In this document: one piece after another, positions 49,601 to 63,143 of the stretch
Layout: every line of letters starts with the position of its first letter
Position numbering within the stretch: position 1 is the stretch's first letter
Assembly (NCBI RefSeq): GCF_037042905.1
Contig: NC_087246.1
Span: forward strand, 50,220,001-50,284,000
DNA length: 64,000 nt
Reading direction: 5' to 3'
Source: Lytechinus pictus
Taxonomy: Eukaryota
Made by a program: the position numbers and the translations under genes
Notes under the pieces: generated by a model
The model's input: the letters and a program-made list of their open reading frames with translations, nothing else
Databases searched by the model: none
What the model was told of the DNA's origin: nothing

Positions 49601-52600
49601 TGCATGAAACAATCTTTCTCCTTTCTTCTCGATGTGTTTGTTTGTTTGAAAACAACCATCGACGAAAGATGTCGAGTGATTGACAAACAATCATAATATT
49701 TTAGATATCAAGTACAGAGTCGTGGTCAGACCTTATTTGTATGACATCGAACATCTGCATTTTTCAAACGTGGGCAGCGTTATGAATCAAAATACCCAGA
49801 AGGGATGCATTCAAACTTGACTTCGTTGTACCCCCTTCTCATTTCCCACGCGAGCTCTGACGTCTAATTGGTATCCCGTATGGTATCGTTTGTTCATGGT
49901 ACATGTAGATATAAGGCTAATAAAAAACGAAAGTTTCTAATAATCATTTTGTGGTTCCTTCATATAACCATGGGATTCCCTAGTGTCTGTAATGATTTAA
50001 TTTGATATTGATTCACATTCATTACCCTAATAAGAAATATGTAAATAAACAAAGAAGGGGTCAACGTTTTGTCGAAAAGTTGAGATTTCCTCAATCCGTT
50101 GCGATAGCAGGTCAAAAGACTTTTTTTCGAATAACAAGTTATAATACCCTGAATACACAAATTCCTTGGTAAAAAAAATCAGTATATTAACTATTATTCA
50201 AAATTATTTTTGACTGGCTGGTCGAGAAAATAATGACGTATGTGTCTTATCTTGGGCATCATAAGGACTTAAAAAAAATATTGATATCGCCTGACACCTT
50301 TCCTTTGTCCAACAATACAACCTTGCTTTGATTGTACATGTCTGTGGTAAACTGGTAAGTATTATCTATCATATCGTGTTAATAACCTAAACCACTACCG
50401 GAGTTGTAACCTCTATACTACCTGCGTTCCGTTCATGACCAGAGGTTATTACTTATCTTTGATGAGTAAGAGTGAGTGGGCTGGGTTATAAAGCGTACTC
50501 TAAAAATGAATAATGAATATAGTCCACTTGACTACATTGTTATTTCGATTATTTAGATCATTTTGGATTATTTCGAGGAATAATTTGATTCTGAATCGTT
50601 ACGACTTCTTTTTTATTGATTTATTAAACCAAACTTTATTTTTTCAACTTTACTTCAATTTGTCGATTCTTTATCATGTTTATGACACAGGGAGACGTAA
50701 ATGGGTATATGTTGCCTTGTTGAATCGTTGGATCTCATCATAACAAAAACATGTTTGGAATCATAAGTTGATTCAAAGCTTGTGAACGATTTTTAACAAT
50801 CAATTTACTATGATCATTAAAAATATGAGTGGAATGTGATCATCTTCATTTTGGCAATATCATTATCTCTCATAATTGAAAAAAAAAGAACCATTTTAAA
50901 AATATTTTTCTAAATGCAAAAGAAAAACGGGAAAACAAATTTTATAGAAGGAGAGCGCAAGAACGTACAATGTATTTGAAAGGTTAAGCAAAAGTAGAAC
51001 CCGGTTTACCAGAAATTATAAAAACTCGTTGTCTTGAAACGGTTGTAAACAAGACAACAATGCTAACGGACGGAAGGATGTGGGATTAATGTTGTTTGTA
51101 TTTTTGTCTTTAAAAGTAGAAAGGAAATGTTGGAGGAGGAAAACAAGTCAGTTCGTTCATAGTTTTTAATCTTATCCAAGATGAAATAGTAATCAGATAC
51201 AGGAAATGAATGTAGGCCTACAACCAGGAGAGAATTAGAACACTTTATTGATTTTTAATCATAATCATAAACTCCATGATAAAGTGCAGATTTTAAAAGT
51301 AGGCCTATATCTTAACGCTACTACGGACTGCAATTTCCCAATTCAATTTTCATGCACTTTAGAGTCTGAATTGAAAAAAATGATTTTATTGATTGTCCAA
51401 TCACATATTAGCTCAAAATTGAAAAAAGGATAAATTTTTATATTTTAGTAGTACTTCTGAAGAATTTTCAGTTTTTCACTCAACCCAAAATGAAAATGGG
51501 GTAAGTGGGATAGCTGTTGACTTTTCTGAGAACCACCGGGTAATTTCAACAAAGCTATCTTATGAAAACGATCACTCAAATGCTGGCTTAAAGTAGTCTA
51601 ATCAAAATACTTCATATCTCAAAAATCTTCTTAATAATCATACATATTCTGAGGATCAAATCAACAATCCTCTGTGCTTTATAGTTTCGTTGCACTTTTA
51701 AGACGTCATTTTGGCCAAGCCAGATTAGATTACCGTGTAAGGGGGTTTACACCTGGGGGTAAGACCAAGGCAGGAGTAAACTTGTTTCTTGATTAGTTGC
51801 GGTTTACTAACAACGGGGTTCAGCACGAAGTACACACTCTCAGTTCAAGGGCTTTAGTTATTGAATTCTTAATGAACGTGGCAAGCATTTCTTTCTCTCT
51901 CCTCTTACTTCTATTTTGTTAGCATTGACATTTTGATTGATGGTGACAGGTTGGTGTAATTATGATTATAATTGTTTAATTCAATCCATGTATTTGCGAA
52001 ACGATGATTGTTTTGAATTAGACCACTTCGTCTACCTAAATGAAATAAGGAATGCAAAGTGCTACCATTAACTATTCCTGAAATGCCAAAACGTGGTTAA
52101 AGAATATTGTTAACATTATTTGTTATACCACAGAAGCTCTTTAAGTTCATTTTCCTTCAAACTTTGTTCATTTAGTGAGTGATTTATCAGGAGAAAAGAA
52201 TGTAATTTTATGTCAATTTCCGTGTTCTTTTTTCCAACTTTGACAAAATTATACGTTTTAGTATACTATGAAGTTTCAGGAAATGGCTCTGATTCGAATG
52301 AGTTTATATTGCAGCCATTGATAATGATATTCTGCCTTCTGATAATCAGAAATCAATTTGAGTGGTTTAAAATTTTTCATTACATCAAGGCAGGGGCGCG
52401 GGCGGTACCAGAGGGGGGAGCAGGGGGCGACCGCCCCTGCCCTATAAATTTTCAAGTAGTGAAAACAAAAGTAATAAAGGAGAAAATGAAAAGAGGGGGA
52501 ATTAGGAAGAAAGGAGGAAGAAGATAATCAAATGGAGATGTCTTGATCACGAAACTCTATCACTGAAATTAAACTGAGAAAAATATGACACCATCTCTAG

Positions 52601-55600
52601 GTCATCTTGTCCTCCCCCCTCCACCAATTAAAATATCCTTGCGCAATCCCTGGATCAAACCTGTTTTATGAAGCTATTGTTTCAAATTTCGGCACAATGC
52701 TTAAACTTAATATGATAATCATCCGTAAACTCTATCTCGAATTCATAAAACATGTGGGTTATATTCGAAAAGAGTTCAAGTTAAAGAAAATGACTCCATT
52801 GCATTATTGTTTAGCCTGTATGTTTTGATAAAGTGTAGAATAGCTTCCTCGATCAGTTTTCCCGGAAACAGTTGATTGGATATTCAGGTATATGGGCAGT
52901 GTGGATAGAAGCGTGTTAAGTTGAAATAAGTTGAAATTACATTGCACCCAGAAAAAAACCAAACCTGAAATTATATGTTATATAATACATTTTTGCTTAG
53001 ATCATCAACAATTTTACTTAAAGCATAAGAATAATAGCTCAGTTAAAATAATTTGGAGAGATTATTTTAAGCAAGTTATGACTTATTATTTCACTAGTTT
53101 GGATTTCTTATTATAAAGGGCAGAAAACAAGAATTACCCGCCAGATTATTTTTGATACGCTCTCCTCAACACCTCCTCAAGTTATTTTACTGACTTATGC
53201 ATAAAATATGTTTAATAAGTTGCAACATTTGGAATGGGATTCAAAGCTATTCAAAGCTCGATATGCCATTTATTGATTAGCATGATAAAACATGGAAAAT
53301 TCTCGGTTCTTTTTTTTTGCGGTTTTTCTTGGAAACAGTGTAAAATAGATTGATTCAAATGATTGAAACTCTTGAGCCTTTATATAGATTCGTACCAATA
53401 ATGTGTAGTATATTGGGACAAATGATTATTTGCAATACACGATAAGTCGTCTTAATCATCGTAACCGTCGTCATCGTCGTCGTCTTCGTCATCATCATTA
53501 ATATAATTTTTAATTCTATATTAACCTATCCAATGTGATCTGTCTTGTTTCTCGTCTTTCCTCGTTATTTATCTATGTATCATGTTAACGTATATCTTAA
53601 AGGGATCGTTTAACTTTGTGAGCAGCTGATTAAAAAAATTCTCAAACTGAGTTGAAACGTGCATATGAGTGCCTGTATTTGTCCTCAAAAACCCTGAAAC
53701 GGACCACAATTTAGGATGAAAAACTCTAATTTAGATACAAGTAGCAATTTATTAGCCTGATTTTGAGAACCGTCTAGTAGACGGGTTCAGCTTATGACCA
53801 GTTTTCTCCAATTCCAAAAGTCCGTTGGCTATTTTGACTAGTAGGTCATGCTGTGTTCATCTAAAATTAATGTGTTGTGGTGCACAGATTCCCTGTATAC
53901 ACATAGTCATTGAAACCAACTCCCAATTATTTTCAAACTTTGGTTTACATCTCCAAGGTTTTAAAATTGATCCTGTAAATATAATACTTTGAAACTTTTG
54001 GGATGGTATTTTTACACTATAAGCCTAATGTTTAGCCCATTTTCAGGAACCAAAAGGAGATTTTTTTTAAATCAGAACAAAGTGAAATGATCACTTTAAG
54101 GCTACCTTACGACTGGTCCGCGATCTGATTTTGGAACAAATCGCATTTTGCTCTTTTTTCTGAGAATGTGAATTGAAAAGTATCTTTTTTATTTGAGGTT
54201 CATATTAACTGAAAGAATACTTATATAACAAGTTTGGATGATTGCAAGCCTTTATTTTGGAGTAATGGCCAAATTAGTTTCAAATCGTAGCCAATCGTAC
54301 GATTGCTATGACTTCATTACGACAAGATATTGGATTCGCTTTTATTCCATGTATTCTGATAAGGATGATAGCATGATATGCCATGTCTCAATATTAGAAT
54401 AAAATTCTACTACGCTTTACTCCAAAATTGGGTCGCAAAGCAATCACAAGGTGTGCGATGGCTTTAACACACTTTTGTTTTAATCAGTGGCCAATAAAAG
54501 TTAAAAATATTCAATCGATTTTGTTGAGATTATAGGATGTTGCCGATAATGAAATACAATTATTACGAATGAACAACGTATGATATCAATGAAACTTACT
54601 TTTAAAATGAGGATGTTTTGTAGCATAGATGAACGGATTGACGCAGCTCCCTAAGAGATAGATAGCTCCAGCATAAGGCACGATGTGGTCACTCCCTGGG
54701 ATCATCAACGAAACACTGTACGGAGTCAAGCAAAGAAAGAAAGCGATCACGACATAGAAGAGATTCCTTGTGATCTCAAGCTGTCGTCTGCTAAAATGCT
54801 GCTTGGTTTGTCTCCTGTTTAAGTCCTGGAAAAACTTCTCCCCCTTCTCCGCCGACTCGGACGTACGGGACATGGGCGGCGACGTCGCAACGGCGTCGGA
54901 TGGCGTCTTTGGCGGAAACGACGACGATGAGGGTTCCGAAGACGACATCGTCTTCATGTGACGTTTCACGTAGGCGAATATTTTGCAGTAGCAGACGATG
55001 ATGATGACGAGAGGGCCGGGGTAGAAGATGGTTGCAAGCATCATGTCGTAGATGCTGGCGTTGTCGGTGTGCTTTGGACCGCATCTAGTGTACTTCTCAT
55101 CGAATCCGATCTCACCGATAGAAAACAAGGGCGGGAAGACGGTGAAGACTGTCGGTACGATCCACGTAAGGAGAGTCGTGAAGACCAGGTTACGGGTTCG
55201 ATAGAAGCTACGGTAGCGATGACTGGGTTGGGTGACGAGGAAAAGGCGATTGAGAGCGATGGCGGCCAAGGTAAATATACTGCACCCAGACGATATGATG
55301 CTGCTTGCCGCTGCGATCGAACACGTCCATTCGGCGAGCGGATACGTCTCCGTACTCAACACGGCGATGACATGGAAAGGCATGAGAATGCACGTGAACA
55401 TATCGGCAATACTAAGGTTGACGACGTAAACATTGGTCGCTGTCCGTAGCTTCCTTGAGAGTGCCACACCGGTGATGACGAGGCCGTTCCCTAGGAGACC
55501 GACGACGGCAATGAGAGCCGACATCATAGCAAGAAAAATCCGCTCCGTATAATGAAGAGGACTTTCATAATCGTACGGTGCTTCCGTGATGACAAAGTCC

Positions 55601-55611
55601 GTTTCATTCAT
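46642..55611 (-). CDS. Rhodopsin-like (class A) GPCR, Moody/Tre1/GPR84-like type as in expanded sea urchin chemoreceptor-like families, ~384 aa, 2 coding exons
   Basis: Exon 55611-54600 encodes all 7 TMs: GN (TM1), NLSIAD (TM2), IALNRL (DRY variant), TM4 W, ECL2 Cys, FFLCLTPY (TM6), NPFIY (TM7), KHPHFK. It ends at a perfect AA|GTAAGT donor (phase 1). A phase-1 acceptor at 46784 continues NVIRCIIQCRFTDIDQPAQFLRRII...EPLK* (helix 8 with Cys). N-terminal NET sequon. A probable 5'-UTR acceptor lies at 55717. The 7TM call is high confidence; the last-exon assignment is about 0.8. Confidence 0.92.
46979..47208. mobile_element. hAT-like MITE
   Basis: Termini CGGCAGCGTAC / GTACGCCACTG; TSD GATACAAT / GATACATT. 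Confidence 0.75.
48745..49304 (+). ncRNA. Candidate structured non-coding RNA of unknown family, antisense within the GPCR intron
   Basis: About ten helices found by eye, two homologous long hairpins (48843-48934, 49145-49239), and G-U wobbles on the + strand. I recognise no known family. Confidence 0.4.
53601..54463. mobile_element. Two abutting TTAA-flanked MITEs (53601-54095, 54100-54463) sharing one TTAA
   Basis: TTAA|AGGGATCGTTTAACTTTGT ... ACAAAGTGAAATGATCACT|TTAA|GGCTACC ... GATGGCT|TTAA. The second element resembles ~14645-15056. Confidence 0.7.
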
Positions 55612-58134
55612 GTTGACGAAGTCCTGTGATTTAGGGTCGATGAAGTTATAAGAAATAAGTTTACTTTATGGTAGTGTAAGAGAATCCCAACAAATTTCCA
55701 ATCTTAAAGCCAAACCTCTAACGAGGAGAGTATAAATCAGGACAACGACAATGAAAAAAAAATCAATGTCCGCGATTATTGTATTCAGATGTCTATCCTA
55801 TAGTCTATCCCAAACATATCCTGATTGCGTTGACCTTTGTGATGTATGCGATGATCAAAGTCACAGTCGTAATTGTTATTCAGGTCAAAACATGGTCACT
55901 AGACATTTATTGTAAGAATCATCCATGGTAAATACTAATAACTCAAAACCTTAAAGATCAATCTCTTCGTCTCTCATAAGAAAACAAATGTTCTAATTAT
56001 TATTGCTGCAGCCTCAAGTGTATCAAGGAAGAAGATGTTTACTTAATCTCAACATTTGAGTACGTGATGGCCCGTATAATAATCATGCAGTATATTCTTC
56101 ACAATAAAGATAATATATTATATGAAGATAGTGACGCCGAGAAGAAAAATGTCGTTTTTTCGCGAGAGAGCTGTAGACCAGAGTATGTACCAAAAATTAG
56201 ATATTGATCAGTATGTCCTCCGAGGTGAGCAATGTCATTTGAAGATTGAGTTACAACAGTCTCCATATAACCAGCAATAAGAGATACATTGACCGTTTAA
56301 TGAGATCAAGTACCATCTAAAGAAGGCTGCCAATATCCGCCAATGATCCTCTGGGTGGTTGAGCTTTTATGTCAACTACCAGGTGTGTCCGTGAGCAATA
56401 AAAAAAAATGTTTAGAGAATGAGAATCGAATTGGGGTTATCGAACCTTGGTTGAGAAGCATTACAATTTGATTCCTCCATAAAGCCAGGTTTATCAGCCA
56501 GTTAATGGCGCCAAACTTGAGGTAGAAAATGAGAATCAGCTCAGATTATATCCTGAATGTACTTTCAATTCCTCTGGTGGAGTAACGTGATACATGCCGG
56601 TAGAGGTATTACAGAAAAGTTTGAGGCGTCCTAGGATTGGCTTAAAATACCACTTTGAAAAATGAAAACATGCGCAGAATATCATAAGAGCAAGCAATCT
56701 CCGACTCTTCAGCGATGACAGACCATTCAAAATGCCCCTCGGTTTTCCAAAACACTCCGATTTATAGATTTCTACCCTCTTCCTCAAATGCAAGGTCAAG
56801 CCTTGATTGCTTGGGTTGGTTACCAGCTACCGTACGTCGGTTGACGAATCCATTAAGCAGGATGACAGCCAACAGAGTGTGCCTTTAATTTTGGTAACAA
56901 GTGCATACCCTCGACAACTGCGTCCTCACAGCGCAACGCCCGGCTACCAAATGCGTCGATGCTGACGGACGAGTTTGTCTGGTTGATCGGGGCGGTGCGC
57001 CATCACCGGCGGAGCTCTCCGCTCAGCTGTCTGGAAGATCAGTTAGTGATGACAAAGAAGTTCTTACAGCTCATTGCTTTAATACATTTTCTTTTTGATC
57101 ACCCCGATTCATTTGAAAAAGAGAAATATCCCTTGTATTCAAAGTATCGTGGTGGAATCTCCCGTGATGACCCCCGAGGCTAAAAATAAGATAAATGGAT
57201 TCGTCAGGAAATCATCGTATTAGGTATCCAGTTACCCTTTCATACTTCGGCATTGTGATGTCGTTTTTATTTTTACTCAAATCTTCCAATTGTTGTTGTG
57301 AATCATCGTTTAACTCAATTGATAAAATTATTTCCCGTTCGCCAATTTGATATCGGGTCTAAAATATTATGAGAGAGTGACAAATCTCGCATAAGAATTC
57401 TTCTTTTTCCATTAACCCATACAATCATTGTAATACTAAATTCTTCTCGTATCATGTATTATGTTCGCATTCAAAACATTGAAAATGTCTGAAAGTTTCA
57501 AAGTTTTTGTTGGCGTTTTTTAAAGATTATGATACAAGAATAATGATATTTTCACCTTTTTTTCTGCAAAAACCCTATTAATAAAATTAAGGACTCAAAG
57601 CACAGTTTTTTTAAGAAAAGAAAAATCACCCAGATGGTTAAGCACAATGTTAAAGGAACAGGAGCTTAACTGCCTTAGAATGGAAGTAATTTGATATTAA
57701 GGATGTGTAAAAAGATAATGAAGATTGGCTGTATACACTTGGAAAGATGATACCTTATATTTTTTTAATCTAACGATTTAGCAACGATTTAACCTCGTGG
57801 GAAATAACTTATGATAGAAAGTTATGATATACCAATGATAATGTTTACCCAACAATGCCTTAGTAGTCTGGGCAATTAGAAGAAGAAGGAGGAGGATGAG
57901 GAGAATTATGGGGAGCAGAAGCAGAAAAAGAGAGGAGATCGAGAGATAGACATTAATATGATATCGGAACAATGTTGGGCACGCAGGGAAGAGCAGTTTC
58001 ATTAATGGAGTGGCTACCTAGAGTAAATAAAATGTTTATCATTATTAAAATACTTTTGTAAAGTATGGTAAGGAGGAGGGGGTTGTCATTGTATACATTA
58101 ATGCAATGATGTACACACTTAAAATGTTTGGCAA

Positions 58135-58412
58135 CATAATAATTATAATAATATGCAACATTTATATAGCGCTTAATACAAAATTTTCTAATCGCTGCAT
58201 ACTATTACCCCGGCTTTTGCACGGCTATCCTGATCGGACGCTCGAGCATTCAAGGAATTCCTTCCTACCAGGTACCCATTTACAACACCTGGGTGGAGAG
58301 TGGCAAATGTAGATAAACGCCTTGTCAAAGGACGCAAGTGCTGCGGTGGGATTTGAACCCCGGACCTTGTGGTTCATAGTCCGGAGACTTATCCACTGAT
58401 CCACAACACCTC
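58135..58412 (-). mobile_element. tRNA-derived SINE with Nin/Deu-type conserved core
   Basis: A-box TGGATCAGTGG, B-box GGTTCAAATCC, core CTCTCCACCCAGGTG..AAATGGGTACC, and a 3' AGCGCTATATAAAT plus (ATT)n tail. A related fragment lies at ~36100-36215. Confidence 0.82.
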
Positions 58413-59673
58413 TACCATACTGTCCACTGTGTTGGTAATGTATGTTGGTAAACAGCTACATATATTCTGGGAAATTATTATCAAATTGAGCAAATTTATT
58501 ACCCAATTATTAGTTTTTATTACCCAATTTGGGCAGATTTTACCAAATAGATCTCTATCTCTATAGAACTCTATCTTTGCTAAATGCAAACGATCCAAGC
58601 TCCTTTATTCCCACTCTTTGGAACCAAAGAGGTTCCACTTTACTTTGGTGAACTGCGAGGCCCCTATTTTCCAAAGGGAGTTTTTAGTCATACAACGGCG
58701 AAGATGCAATCATCCAATTGATAAAATCAAAGTTTTGTCGCCATAAATGATAAATACATCGACTCTGTCTGTAATATGGTTATGGTGAGCCCCACAAATG
58801 ATGACTATATTTGTCGTTTGGCACTGAACCACCTTTGTTCATAGGTGTATACCGCGAAATGCCGTGAGAAGAAAAAATAATAAAAAGCACTGAACATAAT
58901 GAAAAGCAAAATTTTCATCTAAAAAAAAGGAACGGGTGGTTGTGGACGGATGGCCATTTTCATACTCATCACATTGTATTAATTGCATTTAGATTTGGGC
59001 AAAAAAATGGGCGCATAACCCGTGTACCCCCCCCCCCCCCACCCAACCTCTCCGGATCCCCGCTAGCTATGTGAGAAGTTTGAAGAACTGGTATTCGAGT
59101 TAAGTCTACATATGGTTTTTAAAGGAATAAAAAATGAGTCCTATTGAATGGCAATGACTAAAAAGAATAAAAATATGCCAAGCAAAAAAAGCAAAAATAT
59201 TGACATGGATGCGAAACAAACCAAAATTTCCGTACCAATATGATGCAAACTTGTCTCATTAAGTTCTCCGTTCACGTATAGAAAAGCGACTGGAAAAGAA
59301 GTGACATTCTCAACCCTACAAAATCCAATTTCCTTTAATTCTCTGCTGTCCCTCTTAATCATCGTAAACCTACATGCAGGATAAAAGTCCATTCTAGCTG
59401 TCTTCAAAGATGTCGAAGAATAAAGAAAGTACAGGTTCCTGAGATGGTAATATTCAGGGTTCTTTACGAGGATATTAATGTATGTGTAATTGACTTAAGA
59501 GAGAGGTTCCGTCCAGGACAATTCAATGCTTCCGAGTAGAGAGGACGGGTTGAAGCTGAACAAACAGACCTGACAATTAGTTTTGAACAGATCGACAACA
59601 TTATAAGGCCTTTAACCTTAGCTCCGATGGGAAGTATTTGAATAAAAACGTAATATTATGAGCTCGATAAAAC

Positions 59674-60482
59674 CATAGGCGGATCAAGGGGGGCCCACCC
59701 CCCCCCCCCCATTGGCGGAGCAAAAAAAAGAAAGAAAGGGTAAAAGAGAGGGGGAAAAGAAAAAGAAGGGAAAAGAAAAGAGAAAAAAAGAAGGGAAACA
59801 TAAGAGGAGGAAGACGAGTAAATAAAATAAGGCGAGGGGAAGACGTAGAAAATAATATCAAAAAATCTTCCATGTCACTATACAAAATTTTCGCTCCCAT
59901 TTTTAGGTGTAAATCTCGATTTTTTCCAGTCGCGCTTCGCGATCGCATCAATTGTTTAGTTATATACTTATCCTTTTCACAATTTCAAAAAGTGCTTAGA
60001 ATTTCCATTCTTCAGGTAGAAATGTCAACATTTTCAGCTCGCGCTTCGCGCTCGCATTATTTGATTGTTGAAATATGTAACGTCTTCGTGGCTAACTGCA
60101 AGCAGCCGTTAACAGATCTTTTTTTGATCAGATCAAAACGTATATTGAAAATTTCTGCTCGCGCTTCGCGCTCGCAGTAATTATTTGGTTGGATAAACAC
60201 CTCATTTAGGTTCACAAACATTGCCCAGAATGATTAAATTTTGGGACAAAATAAATGAATGTAAAAAAATAGCTCGCACTTTGCGCTCGCATCATTTAAA
60301 TAAGGCTCATGAGATTATTTTATATTTATATTGATTTATAAGACTTAAGCTTAGAAGTGACTATTAGGACTACCCCTTCAAAGAAACAAACCAAAATCAA
60401 CTTCGAGCGGCCGATCGGGGAAAATGTGGCTGAAAAAAATTCCGCCCCCTCCCCCTATTGGCGAAGGCTGGATACGCCCCTG
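59674..60482. mobile_element. hAT-like non-autonomous element with GCTCGCGCTTCGCGCTCGCA subrepeats
   Basis: TIR CATAGGCGGATC / GATACGCCCCTG; exact 8-bp TSD GATAAAAC. A related degenerate copy lies at ~5165-5927. Confidence 0.88.
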
Positions 60483-62987
60483 GATAAAACCGTTTATTTT
60501 TGGCAAACAGCAATCACTCCGCAAGAACAGACTGTCAAAGTACACGAAAAAAATCAATATTATTCACAGTTTCAATCAAATATATTTCTGGAAATGTTGC
60601 ATCAATATTTTTTATAAGCAATATAAACTTATTACAGTATTAGAATATTCACCAAGGGAACACAAGACATATAACCACTCATGACACAAGTAATTAGTTC
60701 ATCATTTTTCAATTTCCAATAGTATACAAAAACACTGCCTACATATTTCGTTGACTATTTAGGGTCCATTTTATAGTAACTGATGTTTCATTTCATGTGT
60801 TTTTATCAGTTTACGAAGTATTGCAAGCCTAAAATATTTCAAGAAACATTCGTTTTAAAATTATCGGCTACATTAACCATGTTATGTAATTTAATACTTC
60901 CTTATTGTCAATTTGAGTCGTATTAACTGTAATTCATTTAAAGTATAATGTTAGGTTTGTTATTTTATTGATAGATAACCTGTTTTCTTGTAAAAACGTA
61001 GTTCTTATACATGATCAAAATTAAAGGTCTAAAATTTATTCAACATGACTCTCCTCGAAGTCTTATATTTGTCTTTTTACAAAGGCATGACATTTGATAA
61101 TAATCGATTTATTATACCAACTATTTTCGAATGTGCCTATACATACACATGTACATATCACGTGGATATTGATATCTCATTGCTGTTTAAAAAATATCCA
61201 TGATTTTCTCTTTTTTTTTTTCATTTTTTAATAGAGGATTATAGTAAAGTAAAAGATATTTAAGATATCTGGAAAAAGGATTTTTCGAAAGTCAAAGAAA
61301 TTACAAGGTTACCCTTGGGAAAGGTCATCTTTGTCAGTCTGATCTGAAATGCAGATGATTTAGAGATGAAAATTGAAACAGTCGGGTAAAAAAAAAGATT
61401 CACAAAATGATGGGGGGGGGGTAGGCAGAGGGGTGAATGAACAACACACACAAGAGCGTCTGGTTTACACCGTTGTTAAAGTCGAGTACAGAGAAGTGTA
61501 TACAATTTAAAATTTCATTCATTTAAACCTATGAAATTATTCAGCGTTAAATTCTTTGCACATTCATTCGCAGGACTGCATGGGTGCGTAACGGCAAATC
61601 AGTGGGTACTCTTACTACCCCCAAATTCACCTCGCCCTCTTTCCTACCGGCAGAAGAGGAAGGGGGGGGGGGGTGGGTGGGGTGGGATGGTACACTCGTC
61701 TTGTATTGCAGGGGTCGCTAAATTAATTCAGTAAATAATCGAGTCAAGTACGAGGGGTCGACCAGGAACATCCCATATCGTTTAAGATGAGTTGATGAGT
61801 TTTACATCGAATTTCAAAATGGATAAGAGGGCTTAACGATAGTCACACCTGTTAAACTCTGGTATATAGGAAAACATTAACCCTTCACATATTGGTGTCG
61901 CCAATAGGCACCAAATAGTACAACTAATCCAGGAGAGATTCAGTTCTTCTGGCACGTTAAGAGTTAAGACGAAATCTTTGCTTTTTGCGTTTTTTGTAAA
62001 TCGCGTGTAATATTGACCTTGCCCGTACTAACAAAACCAATGACGCCGATATGTTTTTGAAGGAGTAAACAAGATGAGGAGTATAATTCACCGTGAGAAA
62101 AAAAAAGCGGTCAAGATGCACTGACCATCAAATTCTCAATTGTAACAGGTTTTCGCTTTATTTAATGCTCCTAATGTTAAAAAAAAACTATAGGCCTATA
62201 GGCTTACATCGGGGCTTTCTGTCATATTGGGATATTCCATTTTAGCAAGGACGTGCAAAATACACATTTTAAATGATTCGTTTGAGAATTTATGTGATGT
62301 TATTCAAAATTAAATGAATTAAACCGGAAGAAACAAAATCTTAATTAAAAGAAATTGGAGTAAAACATTAATTGGATTCAACAGACAGATACTGGAGGTA
62401 AATTAAGAAAAAGAATGCTAGAATGTGACTTTCTATTAAGATTTTCAGTGTCCTTTAAGAATTTAACATCTAAAAAGAACACCGAAACTACTTATCGATT
62501 AATCATAAGACATCTGAGAGCTGAGGAAGAGATAGTGTTTCAGGAAATGGCACAGTGCAATCAAAACTGTGATTTTCTTCAATATGTGCTTAGAAGTGAA
62601 TCGCTTAAAAGTGCAGATGGTTTAGTGATTTGCTTATTTCTCTCGTTTTTTTCACAAGCGGGAAAATATCGTGCTTTACTTCAGAATCATTATCTTATAA
62701 TCATGAACAACATGCCAGATTAAAATGAAAAGATTATTCAACTATTTGTCAAGGAAAACAAGTGGATGTGATAAAAAAAAACACCTATTAAGTTTTCAAT
62801 AATTTTTTATTAAAAAAACATGCATTTTCTGTGTTAGAATATCTATTTATGTAAGAAGCGCCAATTAGCATCATATTGGACATTTTTTTAATATATACGC
62901 GGTAAATTAAGCGTAATTTACACAGGAAATCTGAATAAACCATTTAGTTCAACCAATGGTTTTCATAACCACCTTTACAGACCATAG

Positions 62988-63143
62988 TCGGAGAGCGTTT
63001 CATGAAAAGGACGTTTTATCCGAAAAGTCCTGTTTTATCCGACCGTTACTATGGTAACAGTGCCTCTCAGCCAATTTAGAATCAAGGAAAGTTGTCAGAC
63101 CGGACAACTTGTCGGACGAAAATGTTGATGAAAGGCTCCCCAG
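62988..63143. mobile_element. CCGACAAGT-family MITE, reverse orientation
   Basis: Reverse complement of 28177-28339. Confidence 0.82.

Noticed and set aside
54770-55449. Several ORFs overlapping the GPCR, up to 163 aa
   Set aside because: Alternate-frame or antisense shadows of a GC-rich coding exon.
56780-57200. CpG-rich patch with short ORFs upstream of the GPCR
   Set aside because: No coding signature. It may be promoter or 5' UTR, but I cannot define its boundaries.
58330-58412. tRNA gene
   Set aside because: A and B boxes run into a SINE core and AT-rich tail; no complete cloverleaf.
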